A DNA stretch of 64,000 nucleotides. Source: the human T2T-CHM13v2.0 reference genome, Homo sapiens. The stretch is from the NCBI RefSeq assembly GCF_009914755.1, contig NC_060936.1; one strand, written 5' to 3'. Numbering within the stretch: the stretch's first letter is position 1; every line of letters begins with the position of its first letter. The notes under the pieces were generated by a model. It had not been told where the DNA came from. It made no database searches and worked only from the letters and a program-made list of their open reading frames with translations. The position numbers and the translations under genes are program-made. Shown in pieces: positions 38,781 to 49,730 of this stretch.

Positions 38781-39046
38781 ATAAATTACATAAAGCCTGT
38801 AGGATACTTAGCACAGTGCCTGGCACACAGCTATGGTTTATTTGGGTGCTTTCTAATAGTAAAGTTACTAAGTAATAAAGTTATTACTGGGGTCCTGAAT
38901 ATGTGCCTCCCCACCCTAGGATTCTCCCAAGAACATGAGTGCTCAGGCTGAGGTCACTGTGAGCGACTGAGCACAGCCCCCTCCCTGGAGCTGAGGCCTC
39001 CCTGGGCCCTGCCTCCCGCCCTCATCCCAGGGCCCTGGACACCCAC

Positions 39047-39105
39047 CTGCATAGCCGCTGGTGGTCTTCGTATGAATACTCATGTTCTGCATCCCAGACT
39101 CCAGC
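39047..39105 (-). CDS. KRT8: Keratin 8 coding exon 7 (59 nt)
   Basis: tacag|GCTGGAG; LESGMQNMSIHTKTTSGYA; donor CAG|gtgggt. Confidence 0.98.
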
Positions 39106-39264
39106 CTGTACCCAGACAAATGGGGTGTCAGGACCAACTCCTAGCCCTTCTTGGCCCAGAACAACAGGACCCCAAGTCCCAAGGGGCTTCAGGGGGCTCC
39201 CACCGTCCCCACCCCAGGTCCCAGGGATAGGGAAGCAGGTCCGGTCAGAGGTACCCACACCCAC

Positions 39265-39485
39265 CGGCTCTCCTCGCCCTCCAGCAGCTTCCTGTAGGTG
39301 GCGATCTCGATGTCCAGGGCCAGCTTGACGTTCATCAGCTCCTGGTACTCACGCAGCTGCCGCGCCATGTCCTGCTTGGCCCGCTGCAGGGCGGCCTCCA
39401 GCTCGGACAACTTGGCGTTGGCATCCTTAATGGCCAGCTCTCCATGCTGCTCGGCATCTGCAATGGCGGCCTCCAGGGAAGCCCT
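39265..39485 (-). CDS. KRT8: Keratin 8 coding exon 6 (221 nt, helix termination motif; carries His341)
   Basis: cacag|AGGGCT; [22 protein letters not shown]...[18 protein letters not shown]; donor CG|gtgggt. Confidence 0.99.
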
Positions 39486-39560
39486 CTGTGGGGTAGGGGA
39501 CAGGTAAGTAGGTCAGGTTGGGTATGCCTTCTCTTCTCCCGTGCTCCCACCCTCCCTCAG
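39486..39560 (-). ncRNA. MIR9898: Putative tailed mirtron at the 3' end of KRT8 intron 5 (probably MIR9898)
   Basis: A G-rich arm and a C-rich arm end at the acceptor. The 22-mer UACUUACCUGUCCCCUACCCCA (39510-39489) matches my recollection of miR-9898; not verified. Confidence 0.5.
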
Positions 39561-39618
39561 GGTCCTCCCCACCACCACCTAGGCTGACTCCCCCCAGCTC
39601 AAATTAAATGAGACTAAG

Positions 39619-39921
39619 GGCCGGGCACAGTGGCTCATGCCTGTAATCCCAGCACTTTGGGAGGCCGAGGCGGGCAGATCACGAGGTCAGGAGATCGAGG
39701 CCATCCTGGCTAACACGGTGAAACCCCGTCTCTAGTAAAAATACAAAAAAAATTAGCCGGCCTGGTGGCGGGCGCCTGTAGTCCCAGCTACTCAGGAGGC
39801 TGAGTCAGGAGAATAGTGTGAACCCGGGAGGCGGAGCTTGCAGTGAGCCGAGATCACGCCACTGCACTCCAGCCTGGGCGACAGAGCGAGACTCTGTCTC
39901 AAAAATAAATAAATAAATAAA
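39619..39921 (+). mobile_element. AluY in KRT8 intron 5 (antisense to KRT8)
   Basis: AluY diagnostics (gatcgag, atcctggctaacacggtg, ggagcttgcagtg); TSD aaa(t/c)gagactaag. Confidence 0.95.
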
Positions 39922-40360
39922 CGAGACTAAGGAAGCAGATCAGGGAGACATGAGCAGTTTCCAGGTGCTTCCCCTCCACACCCTTCTCACCTGCGACACT
40001 GTAAGGTCCCCCCACCCTAACTGGACTAGATCCCTGGGTTCTAGACTTTCCTTAAAGCAGCAGAGCTCAACCTTACCCTGATGCATATGACTGATTAAAG
40101 CAGGCTTGGGAGCATGTATCACGAGCCCCAACATACCTGCCCCAGTCCCCTTTCACCTCTGTCCTGGCCCAAGGGACCTTCCCTGCATCCCTTTGCTTCT
40201 CAGAAGCAGACTGAGAAGCTGAACTGTGGCTGCCCCTCCAACTCCTGAACCCTGGTCTAGGATTCCTTCCCCGACTCCCAGAAACTTCACTCTTCCTACA
40301 TTATCTCCTCTCACCAGGATGTGTCCAAGGAACCCCTCCCACCCCCAACCCGGCCCATAC

Positions 40361-40651
40361 CTGGCCTTTGAGGCCCTCAATCTCAGCCTGGAGCCGGCTG
40401 ATGTTCCGGTTCATCTCAGAGATCTCAGTCTTTGTGCGCCGCAGGTCATCCCCGTGCTTCCCAGCCAGGCTCTGCAGCTCCTCATACTTGATCTGGTACA
40501 TGCTCTCAGCCTCAGCCCGGCTGCGGTTGGCAATATCCTCGTACTGTGCCTTGACCTCAGCAATGATGCTGTCCATGTCCAGGGAGCGGCTGTTGTCCAT
40601 GGACAGCACCACAGATGTGTCCGAGATCTGGGACTGCAGCTCCCGGATCTC
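40361..40651 (-). CDS. KRT8: Keratin 8 coding exon 5 (291 nt = fused 165+126 exon)
   Basis: cacag|GAGATC; [25 protein letters not shown]...EIEGLKGQ; donor CAG|gtatgg. Confidence 0.99.
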
Positions 40652-41173
40652 CTGTGGGGGAAGAGGGCAAGTGGTGAGGCCCTGTCTCTGCACACAGGGA
40701 GCCCCCTTTTCCACAACAGCCTTTCTTAGGGTATAAGACAGGGGCAGCAGAGGAGAGGAGCAGGTGGGAGTCAGGGTCAGGGAGAGGGCAAAGTTCCTGA
40801 AAAAGGAACTGGGTGCACCAATACTAGGTGCACAGAGGGATCCAATGCAGCTCAAAGATTAGGAACAAGGGCTTTGGGGACAGAGTTGCTGCTGAATCAC
40901 CACACCCTATGATGACCTTGGATACGTTATTTCACTTCTCTGAGCCCACTTTCTCGTCTGTGAAATGGGGTAATGACTCATCCCTCATGCGAGGGACAGA
41001 ACATATAGACCCAATAAATACTAGCCGAGCAAATATTGGTGGCTGTAATTAGTCAGCAGTGGGCCTTTGTCTTATTAGTGTGCTGGGGGCTGGGAGGAGC
41101 CTCTGGTTGAGTCTCAGGGTGGAGGCGCTGACAAGGCTGGGGGACCCTCACTCTCCTGCGACCAGGAACATAC

Positions 41174-41269
41174 CTCTTCATACAGCTGCCTGAGGAAGTT
41201 GATCTCGTCGGTCAGCCCTTCCAGGCGAGACTCCAGCTCTACCTTGTTCATGTAAGCTTCATCCACATC
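41174..41269 (-). CDS. KRT8: Keratin 8 coding exon 4 (96 nt)
   Basis: cccag|GATGTG; [32 protein letters not shown]; donor GAG|gtatgt. Confidence 0.99.
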
Positions 41270-41744
41270 CTGGGGGATGAGGAGAGGGGAGCCTGAGCTG
41301 GGTTTCCACACCCAACCCCAACCAAGGGGCTCCCAAGGTCCACCCAATGGCCTGGTCACAGGACTTTCTAGTTGCCCACTTTGTGGATTGATCTTCCAGC
41401 CCAGCCTCTGCCCATCACATGTGCATTCTCAGCCCACACACCTTCACCTCTGCTTCCTGCAACACACCCTCTTCCACCTCCTTCTCTAGGGAGCCTTCTA
41501 GAGCCAGATCTCCAGTTCTACTGCTCTGTTTTCTGAACCATGTCCCAACACCGATGTCAAGAGTTCTGTCCAAATGCACCTACCACTCCATCCTTGTCTA
41601 CCTTTCTGTGCACCCAAATGTTGACATAAATGAGTTTGTCCCACTACTTAGGAATATTTAGGGACAAAACCCAGAAAGCTTCTTGGTCTGAGTCTCTGAG
41701 CCCCAGCCTCCAGTGTCCAGATAGGAGAAGGGAGACTCCCTCAC

Positions 41745-41805
41745 CTTCTTGATGAGGACAAATTCGTTCTCCATCTCTGTACGCTTATTGATCTCATCCT
41801 CATAC
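41745..41805 (-). CDS. KRT8: Keratin 8 coding exon 3 (61 nt)
   Basis: cacag|GTATGAG; YEDEINKRTEMENEFVLIKK; donor AAG|gtgagg; 61 nt is the typical type II keratin exon size. Confidence 0.99.
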
Positions 41806-42449
41806 CTGTGAGGAAAAGACTTACAATTAGAGGATGAAGGCAAAAGGGAGGTTGCCCTTCGTCTCTTGGGAGACAGGGGCATGGTGAAAATCAGGAAAAT
41901 TCAGTTCACACAGATGCAGGATATGAGAAGGCTGGTCCTTCTGCCTTCCCCAGCTGCCCTCTCCACCCTCACCCCTCCCTTAGCCTGTGGGAAGCAGGAA
42001 ATCTCTCTCCAAATCCATGAATACACATCGGATTGGACACCTTGAGAGTGTTAACAGCAGGGCCTGACATGAGACCTCAGACAGAACTTTCTAGAGTTTG
42101 CTAGAGGTCAAGGGTCAAGACTAAAGAGGGGCCAGAATGTTAAGTACAAAAGTGAGGCCCATAGGCTGCCTATCTCTCCCGTCTCAGGTTTACCACGTCA
42201 ACATTGACACATAATTTGTTCTTCAAATCCAGACAGTTGAGATTGAAAGGGGGTGGGTACTATCAACAATTGTGCTAGGAACCTGGGCATAAACACAGAC
42301 TGTTCCGAGCAAACCTCATCAGGTGGTCACCCTAATTAGATAGGACTGCACTGCCCACAACAGAGGGCCATGGGGACTTAGTCCCAAGGTCCCAAGGGGT
42401 GGAGGAGAGCACGGTGACTTCAGTTGGGTGGAGGGTGGGAGTTGCTCAC

Positions 42450-42658
42450 TTGTTCTTGAAGTCCTCCACCAGCCCCTGCATGTTGCCAAGCTCCGCCTCC
42501 AGCTTCAGCTTCTCCTGGCCCAGAGTCTCCAGCTGCCGCCTAAGGTTGTTGATGTAGCTCTCGAACATGTTGTCCATGTTGCTTCGAGCCGTCTTCTGCT
42601 GCTGCAGGAGGCTCCACTTGGTCTCCAGCATCTTGTTCTGCTGCTCCAGGAACCGTAC
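42450..42658 (-). CDS. KRT8: Keratin 8 coding exon 2 (209 nt)
   Basis: Acceptor cgtatag|GTACGG; [21 protein letters not shown]...EDFKNK; donor AA|gtgagc. Confidence 0.99.
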
Positions 42659-42987
42659 CTATACGAAGGAGGAGAGAGCAAAAAGGTCTACATCAGGCCA
42701 GGGCTCAAAGTCTGGAGGGAAGCAAGCAGTCTTTTCTCTTAATTCACTCCTCAAGCAGTAAGGTCTCCAGACCCCAGGCACCTGGTTAGCTGTTCTGGAA
42801 AGATCACCTATGACCAGGGGGAGAAAGCATGGCATGATGGTGAGGTGGGGAGCAATGTCCCTCAGCATTGGGTAGGGGAAGGAGACAGGTAAGGTAATTA
42901 TGTTAAAGCTGCATTTGCAAACCAATAGGCCTAACTTCATTTACATAGGTTGTATATTACACATCAATAAAAATAGCCAAGCTTTCT

Positions 42988-43663
<676 letters not shown>

Positions 43664-43989
43664 CTAGTTCCCTCCACCACTCTCTGCAAATCGCTTTCTT
43701 CCCCAGGTCATTCTGTCCCAAAATTATTTTTTAAAAAAAAGTGATTATAACATCTTATCCTAATGGAATGTGGGCCAAGCACTGCTGAACTCTTTACATA
43801 TGTAAGTTTGAATAGGCAAAAACTTTTGCCTATATGGATTTAGGGGCTCATCATTTTATAGATGAGGAAATAAGACTTGGCAAGGGAGTCCATAACCAGG
43901 AACCGGCAGAGCAGTGCGAACCAAGAATTCAGATTCCAAAGCCTATGCTTAGCTGCTCTCTATAAGGACCCCAGGGCTAGCAAAACGCA

Positions 43990-44660
43990 GTCAACAAGTC
44001 AAGTCCAGGCGCTTGGAGCGCCAAGGGCCCCCGACCACAGGGTTCCTGGGGCTCCGGTTCCTCCCGGCTTACTCTGCCCCAGGATTTCCCTCCTCCCGTT
44101 CCCACAATGCCTCCCAAGAGCCAGTCAGCGTGAAGGGCCCAATCCTCGGGGCCGCCGGGGGCCCGGGGCCCCTCAGGCAGCGGAGTCCCAGGGCTGCAAA
44201 ACCCGGCCTGGCTCCTGCTGTGTGAAAGTGGAGCCAGGCCGCTGGGGCGGAGCAGGGACAGGACGCGAGAAAGGGACACGGGCTGAATGGGCGAGGGGCG
44301 TTGGTGGGCGACCGCGTTATCTGAAGCCATAAACTTAACAGGACGTAAACCCCGGGCGGGGCGTCCCACGCCCGCAGACTTTGAATCCTGGATGGGCTTT
44401 CCGAGGCCAGGCCCTGGCGCCTCCTCCACCCCACCCCAGCCCACCCCACCCCACCCCACCCCACCCACACCGCCCCCGACGCCGAGCTCCGCCAGGTGGA
44501 GGAGAGCGTCCCGAGACGGCTGCCCGCAGCCCCTCACCCCGCCCTCGGCCCCGCCCACGCTGCCGGCGCAGGGGCCGGGGTATGACTCATTCTGTGACCC
44601 CCGCACTCAGGCCTCCGGGCGCCAAAGGCCTCAATCAATATTTGCCCGTTTGAACCGAGA
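43990..44660. promoter_or_regulatory. KRT8 intron 1 CpG island / enhancer-like element
   Basis: High CpG density, GC/CACCC boxes, AP-1 ATGACTCAT at 44582-44590, (CCCCA)n tract at 44429-44466. Confidence 0.75.
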
Positions 44661-45238
44661 CACCCACTTCCTTCTCCTAGAATGCTAGAATCACACCAAA
44701 CCCCTATGTAAAAAAAAGAAAAGAAAGAAAAAAAATCACAAAGGCACCACTGGGGAGCCCTTGGGGTAGTGCTGGCGAAGAGGCGAACCTGGAGGAGGGT
44801 AGTCCCCGAACAGCTGGGACTGCCGCAGGGCGATAGCTTAAAAGACGGTCAGAACTCGGGTTGGGGTGAGAACAATAACCGCTATTATTTTTTATAATTT
44901 GGGGACAGAATGACCTGAGGAAGAACGGGATTTGTAGAGAGGGGTGGTGGGAACTAGGCTGTACCCTTAAGTTGTCTCTCTCTTCCAAGACCCTCCAGTT
45001 TAAAAGGGAAGGAGGAAGCCCCAGGATTCATCCCGGCTGTCCAGACCCTCTCCCCACCCTCACCCAGCCCAAACCAAGGTGCACGGGAGGGGTGAGTCGG
45101 AGGATGGAAGGGAGAGTGTCGCCAGGGCGGGTGAGGCCCAGCAGGACGCCAGCTGGGGGCTGGAGATGTGCATAGGGACCGGGACTACCAGGAGAAAGGG
45201 GCTGCGGGCACAGTCAGCCACGCAGGGGGGACCCTCAC

Positions 45239-45562
45239 CTTGTCTATGAAGGAGGCAAACTTGTTGTTGAGGGTCTTGATCTGCTCCTTCTCCTGGGTGC
45301 GCACGGCCTGGATGTTGGGGTCCACCTCCAGGACAAGGGGGCTCAGCAGGCTCTGGTTGACCGTAACTGCGGTGATGCCTCCCATGCCGCTGGCCCCACC
45401 ATAGCCGCCGCCCAGGCCACCGCGAAAGTTGCTGCTGCCCACTCGGGAGAAGCTCGAGGAGCTGATGCGGGAACCGGGCCCACTCGTGTAGGAGCGGCTG
45501 CTGAAGGCCCGGGGGCCAGAGGTGGACACCTTGTAGGACTTCTGGGTCACCCTGATGGACAT
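45239..45562 (-). CDS. KRT8: Keratin 8 coding exon 1 (head domain, coil 1A start; aa 1-108)
   Basis: ccaccATG at 45562; [24 protein letters not shown]...[11 protein letters not shown]; donor AAG|gtgagg. Confidence 0.99.
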
Positions 45563-45630
45563 GGTGGAGGCAGGAGTGGAGGCAGGCGGGCCGAACCAGG
45601 CGGAGATCCTAGAAGGAGCGGAGAAGCTGC
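45563..45630 (-). other. KRT8: Splice acceptor inside the KRT8 5' UTR for transcripts from upstream promoters
   Basis: Pyrimidine tract cttctccgctccttctag|GATCTCC (AG at 45609-45610). The 46 nt to the ATG read in frame as [15 protein letters not shown], which I recall as part of the N-extended K8 isoform. Confidence 0.75.
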
Positions 45631-45639
45631 TTCTTGGTG

Positions 45640-45830
45640 AGGAGAGCTCTCAGGAATGGCCTTTTATAAAAGAGATCCCAGCCCCGGGGGATGGGGGGGA
45701 AAGGCCTCGTACCTGAGTGGCTAGGCCCAGAGGGGGCTGGGCCTAACCCGTCACCTGCCACCTCCGGGCAGGACTCAGGTGGGGGCAGCAGAGAGCTGCC
45801 GCCACCCAAGGGCCCGTTCCAACCCTGGAG
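45640..45830 (-). promoter_or_regulatory. KRT8: KRT8 proximal promoter with TATA box
   Basis: TATAAAA on the minus strand at 45662-45668, about 100 nt upstream of the ATG, with GC-rich sequence further upstream. Confidence 0.85.
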
Positions 45831-46382
45831 CCCACTCCAGCACCACCCCCAGAAACCCAGGAAAAGGCAGTTCAGTGAATATGAAACTGGAAGAAATCCT
45901 GTCCTGGCACAAGTGCCTGTAACAAGCAGACTTGCCTGGGCCGCCCAGCCACTACAACCCTGACTCCTGGGTCTTGTCTCCCTCCCTCCTGGGGGAAATA
46001 AACTGGAGGACTGGGAAGCATGGGAAAAAGGGGTCTCCTAGTATTTGGGTCTCCTCTGAGCTGCCGACACCCCAGAGAAACTCTCCTGTGTTCTCCCTGA
46101 TTGAAGCGATTATGAGGGCCTGCCTGAGCTGGATGACAGAACAGCTGGAGTCCAAAGCCTTGAATCTGAAATCAACCATTTGCCTCATCTTTCCAGGTTA
46201 CTGTTCTACCCCTAGCACCTGGTGCAGTGCCAAGAGGGTCTGGGTAGATATTTGTGGAATGAATGAATGAATAAATAAATGAGTGAATAAACATCACACG
46301 CGCACACACACACACACACACATACACACACAGTGGCTGTCGTCCCTCTACATCTGAAGGTGCAAGATAAAAAGAGATCCAA

Positions 46383-46794
<412 letters not shown>

Positions 46795-48800
46795 CTAGAA
46801 GGCAGAGAACGCAGGGGTTGGGGGGGGCAAGAGGAGATGGGAGCTATGTCAGGGACTTCATAGTTCTTGCTCTTTGCGGGAGTCACTCCCATTGCTCCCA
46901 GTGAGTGAATCATGGGAAGTGAGACAGGACGGCAGGGGGTACAGTGGAGTGGTGTGGCACTCGTGGTGCTACCTGGACCCTCCTGCTTTTCCCAGGCTCC
47001 CAACGGGCCAGAGGAAATAGAGGAAGAGTCCCTGCACCTGTCTCCCATTATCAAAGTGAGTCAGGAGGGCAGGTTGGGACGTAGCACGCACCTGTGGGAG
47101 GTTGGAGATTGGGGAGCTGAGCAAGGCACCCCAGGCCTGGGTGGGGCCAGGCAGGGCATGCTGTGGGTGGAAGGCAGGAGGTTTAGGTCCCCAAGGCAGA
47201 GATTCCACCTGCAATTACCTGATGGCTGGGGCTGGGTTCTCTGGAAGATACTGCAGGGTGTGATGTGGGGACTGGATGAAACTGAACTCAGAGGACCAAC
47301 AGATGACAGCCAGATCCCCTTGAGGAGAGGGACAGGTGACATAGCCCTGACCCAGGGAAGGGGGTGACCACCTACTGGGAGGACAGATGTACAGTTTCTT
47401 CCCCATCCTTCTCTAGGAGAGACACCCAGGCTCACAGAAAGACAGGCACATAGGACCCCTACCCAGAAGGACAGAGAGACCCAGAAGCCCCCTCCTTGGA
47501 GGACAGACAAACTTAAAAAGACAGACACACAGACAAGCTCTCTTCACAATGCACGCGTGCATACACACACACACACACACACCCCCCACACATTGAAGTC
47601 CCTTCCAGAAAAATGCATAGATCCCAAGAGCGGGCACAGTGAGTGGCTCCTTCACCTCCCCTCCCCTCCCCAGGCCCTGCCTCCTGCTATGCTGAATGGA
47701 GCAAGGGAAATTCAGTTAGCACCTATTTACACCAGGCCTTCTCCCAGCTCCTTTAAACAATGCCTAATTTTCCCAAGAGTGATTGGAAGGCATGCTACCC
47801 CCTCCCCAACAAACACCCGCACCCACCAGGGCTGAGAAGCTTTTTCCAGAAGACCAAAGGGAGAAGGACTGGGCCCAGTGCCAAACCTGGGACAGGGAAG
47901 GCGGAAGGAGGGAGGGAGGGGCTGGTCAGACGGGTATGGCAGCCCTGGAAAGGGAGGACAGGCGCTCTCCCTATCTTCCCTCCCCCACGCTGCTGTTAGA
48001 GGGAGCAGGGGGCACTCAGGTCCTGATCTAGGCAGCACAAGGAGCAAAAAAACAGCACCCCAAAGCCTTTCCTGAAATTCCAGTCCCCTCCACCCCACCT
48101 TTCTGGTTCCCTGGTTCTAGGAGTGTCCCTTGTTTAAGGTGAGGACAGAGGGGGTTGCCAGGGACCCTGCAGTATGCAGGCTGGAGGGCTGACCCAGACC
48201 TTACCCAGCCAGGGGAAGCCCTTTTTTTCTGGGGCAGCCCAGAACCGTCTAGGGCCAGAAGTGTTTGTGTCTCATTTGTCATCTCTCTATTGCCCAGAGA
48301 CCCCAGCCAAACCTTCCCCCAGATGCCCCAAGCCCAGCCTCGGTGCAGGAGAAGAGGCCAGAGTTGGCCTCTCTGATGGCCCCTGCCTGGGACTTCAGGG
48401 TTAAAGGCAGAAGGAGAAGGCCCCTGGGACTAGGGCCAAGTGGTGAGGGAAGAGAGAACCAGACTGGAGCAGGCCCACAGGTACAACTCCTTGTAAGGCA
48501 TTGTGGTCTACACACAGCTGCCTGCCGGACAAAAGGGAACAACGTGTTTGCGGTGCCTGCCCTACCCAGACAACTCTGCCTCAAACCGCCTTTCCTGGAG
48601 AGTGAACCAGGGAAGGAGGAGACACTCACTCCCTGTGGGCCAAGAGTGAGGGCCAGGCCCCCTACTTCTGATGGTGCAGGATAATTCAGAGAAGGCCCTG
48701 AGACCCTGAGCAGTGGCATTAAGTCTTGGGGCCAGTGGGGTGGGGAGGTAGCTGTTATCATCACTCATGATCATGGGAAGAGATGGTCTGAACAAGTTTT

Positions 48801-48893
48801 TTTTTTTCTTTTTTGAGACAGAGTCTCGCTCTGTCACCCAGACTGGAGTGCAGTGGCGCAATCTCGGCTCACTGCAAGCTCCGCCTCCCGGGA
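48801..48893 (-). mobile_element. Heavily 5'-truncated AluY-type insertion with a perfect 14-bp TSD
   Basis: T-tract plus Alu 3' end (gcaagctccgcctcccggg); tctgaacaagtttt at 48787-48800 and 48894-48907. Confidence 0.9.
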
Positions 48894-48934
48894 TCTGAAC
48901 AAGTTTTGCTTAGAGATCAGGACTGATGATCTCA

Positions 48935-49730
48935 TTCGCTGCAACCTTGTTCATAATAGCCAAAGAGTGGGAACAAAACAAATGTCCACCAAATGACGAA
49001 TGGATTTCTTTAATGTGGCATATCCATACGATCTAATGTTACAATTAAAAGGAATGAACTACTGATGCATGTTGGATGCAGATGAGCCTTGAAACCCGTA
49101 TGCTCAGTGAAAGGAGACAGTCATAGAAGATCAGGTACCCTATGATTCCATTTATATGACATGTGCACAACAGGCAAAGCATAGAGACAGGAAGTAGATT
49201 AGTGGTTGCCTAGGGAGGGGAGGAATGGAGATGAATGCTAAAGAGCACAGGGTTTCTTTCTGGGGTGATGAGAATGTTCTAAATTTGATGGTGGTGGGCA
49301 GGCACAATGGCTCTACCTATAATCCCAGCACTTTGGGAGGTCGAGGCAGGAGGATTACTTTAGCCCAGGAGTTTGAGACCAGCTGAGCAACATAATGAGA
49401 CCCCCGTCTCTACAAAAAATACAAAAATTAGCCAGGTATGGCGGCACACGCCTGTAGTCCCAGCTGCCCTGGAGGCTGAGTTGTGAGGATCACCTGAGCC
49501 CCGAAAGTTGAGGCCGCATGCATTGAGCCAAGACTGTGCCACTGCACTCTAGCCTGCGTGGGAGACAGAGTGAAACTCTGTCTCAAAAATAAATAAATAA
49601 ATAAACAAATTTGATGATGGTGAAGCTGCACAAGTCTGTGAACATACTAAAAATCACTGAACTGCAAGCTTCAGATTGTTGAATTATATTGTATGTGAAT
49701 TACAGCTCAACAAAGTTGTAACAAAAAGAT
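48935..49730 (+). mobile_element. L1MB-type 3' end interrupted by an AluJ (about 49296-49605)
   Basis: ttcataatagcca, tatgattccatttatatga, aagtagattagtggttgcctaggg, ggtttctttctggggtgatgagaatgttctaaa; Alu TSD aaatttgatg(g/a)tggtg. Confidence 0.8.

Noticed and set aside
41183-41185. Leu227 codon is CTG (I recall CTA in the reference mRNA)
   Set aside because: Synonymous and, from memory, a common polymorphism; it cannot be verified here.
40226-42761. Plus-strand ORFs overlapping KRT8 exons (167, 122 and 104 aa)
   Set aside because: Shadow antisense frames caused by the codon bias of GC-rich keratin exons.
43877-44688. Overlapping 133-209 aa ORFs in intron 1, and similar ones at 14418-15237
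   Set aside because: CpG-island composition depletes stop codons; no recognisable protein.
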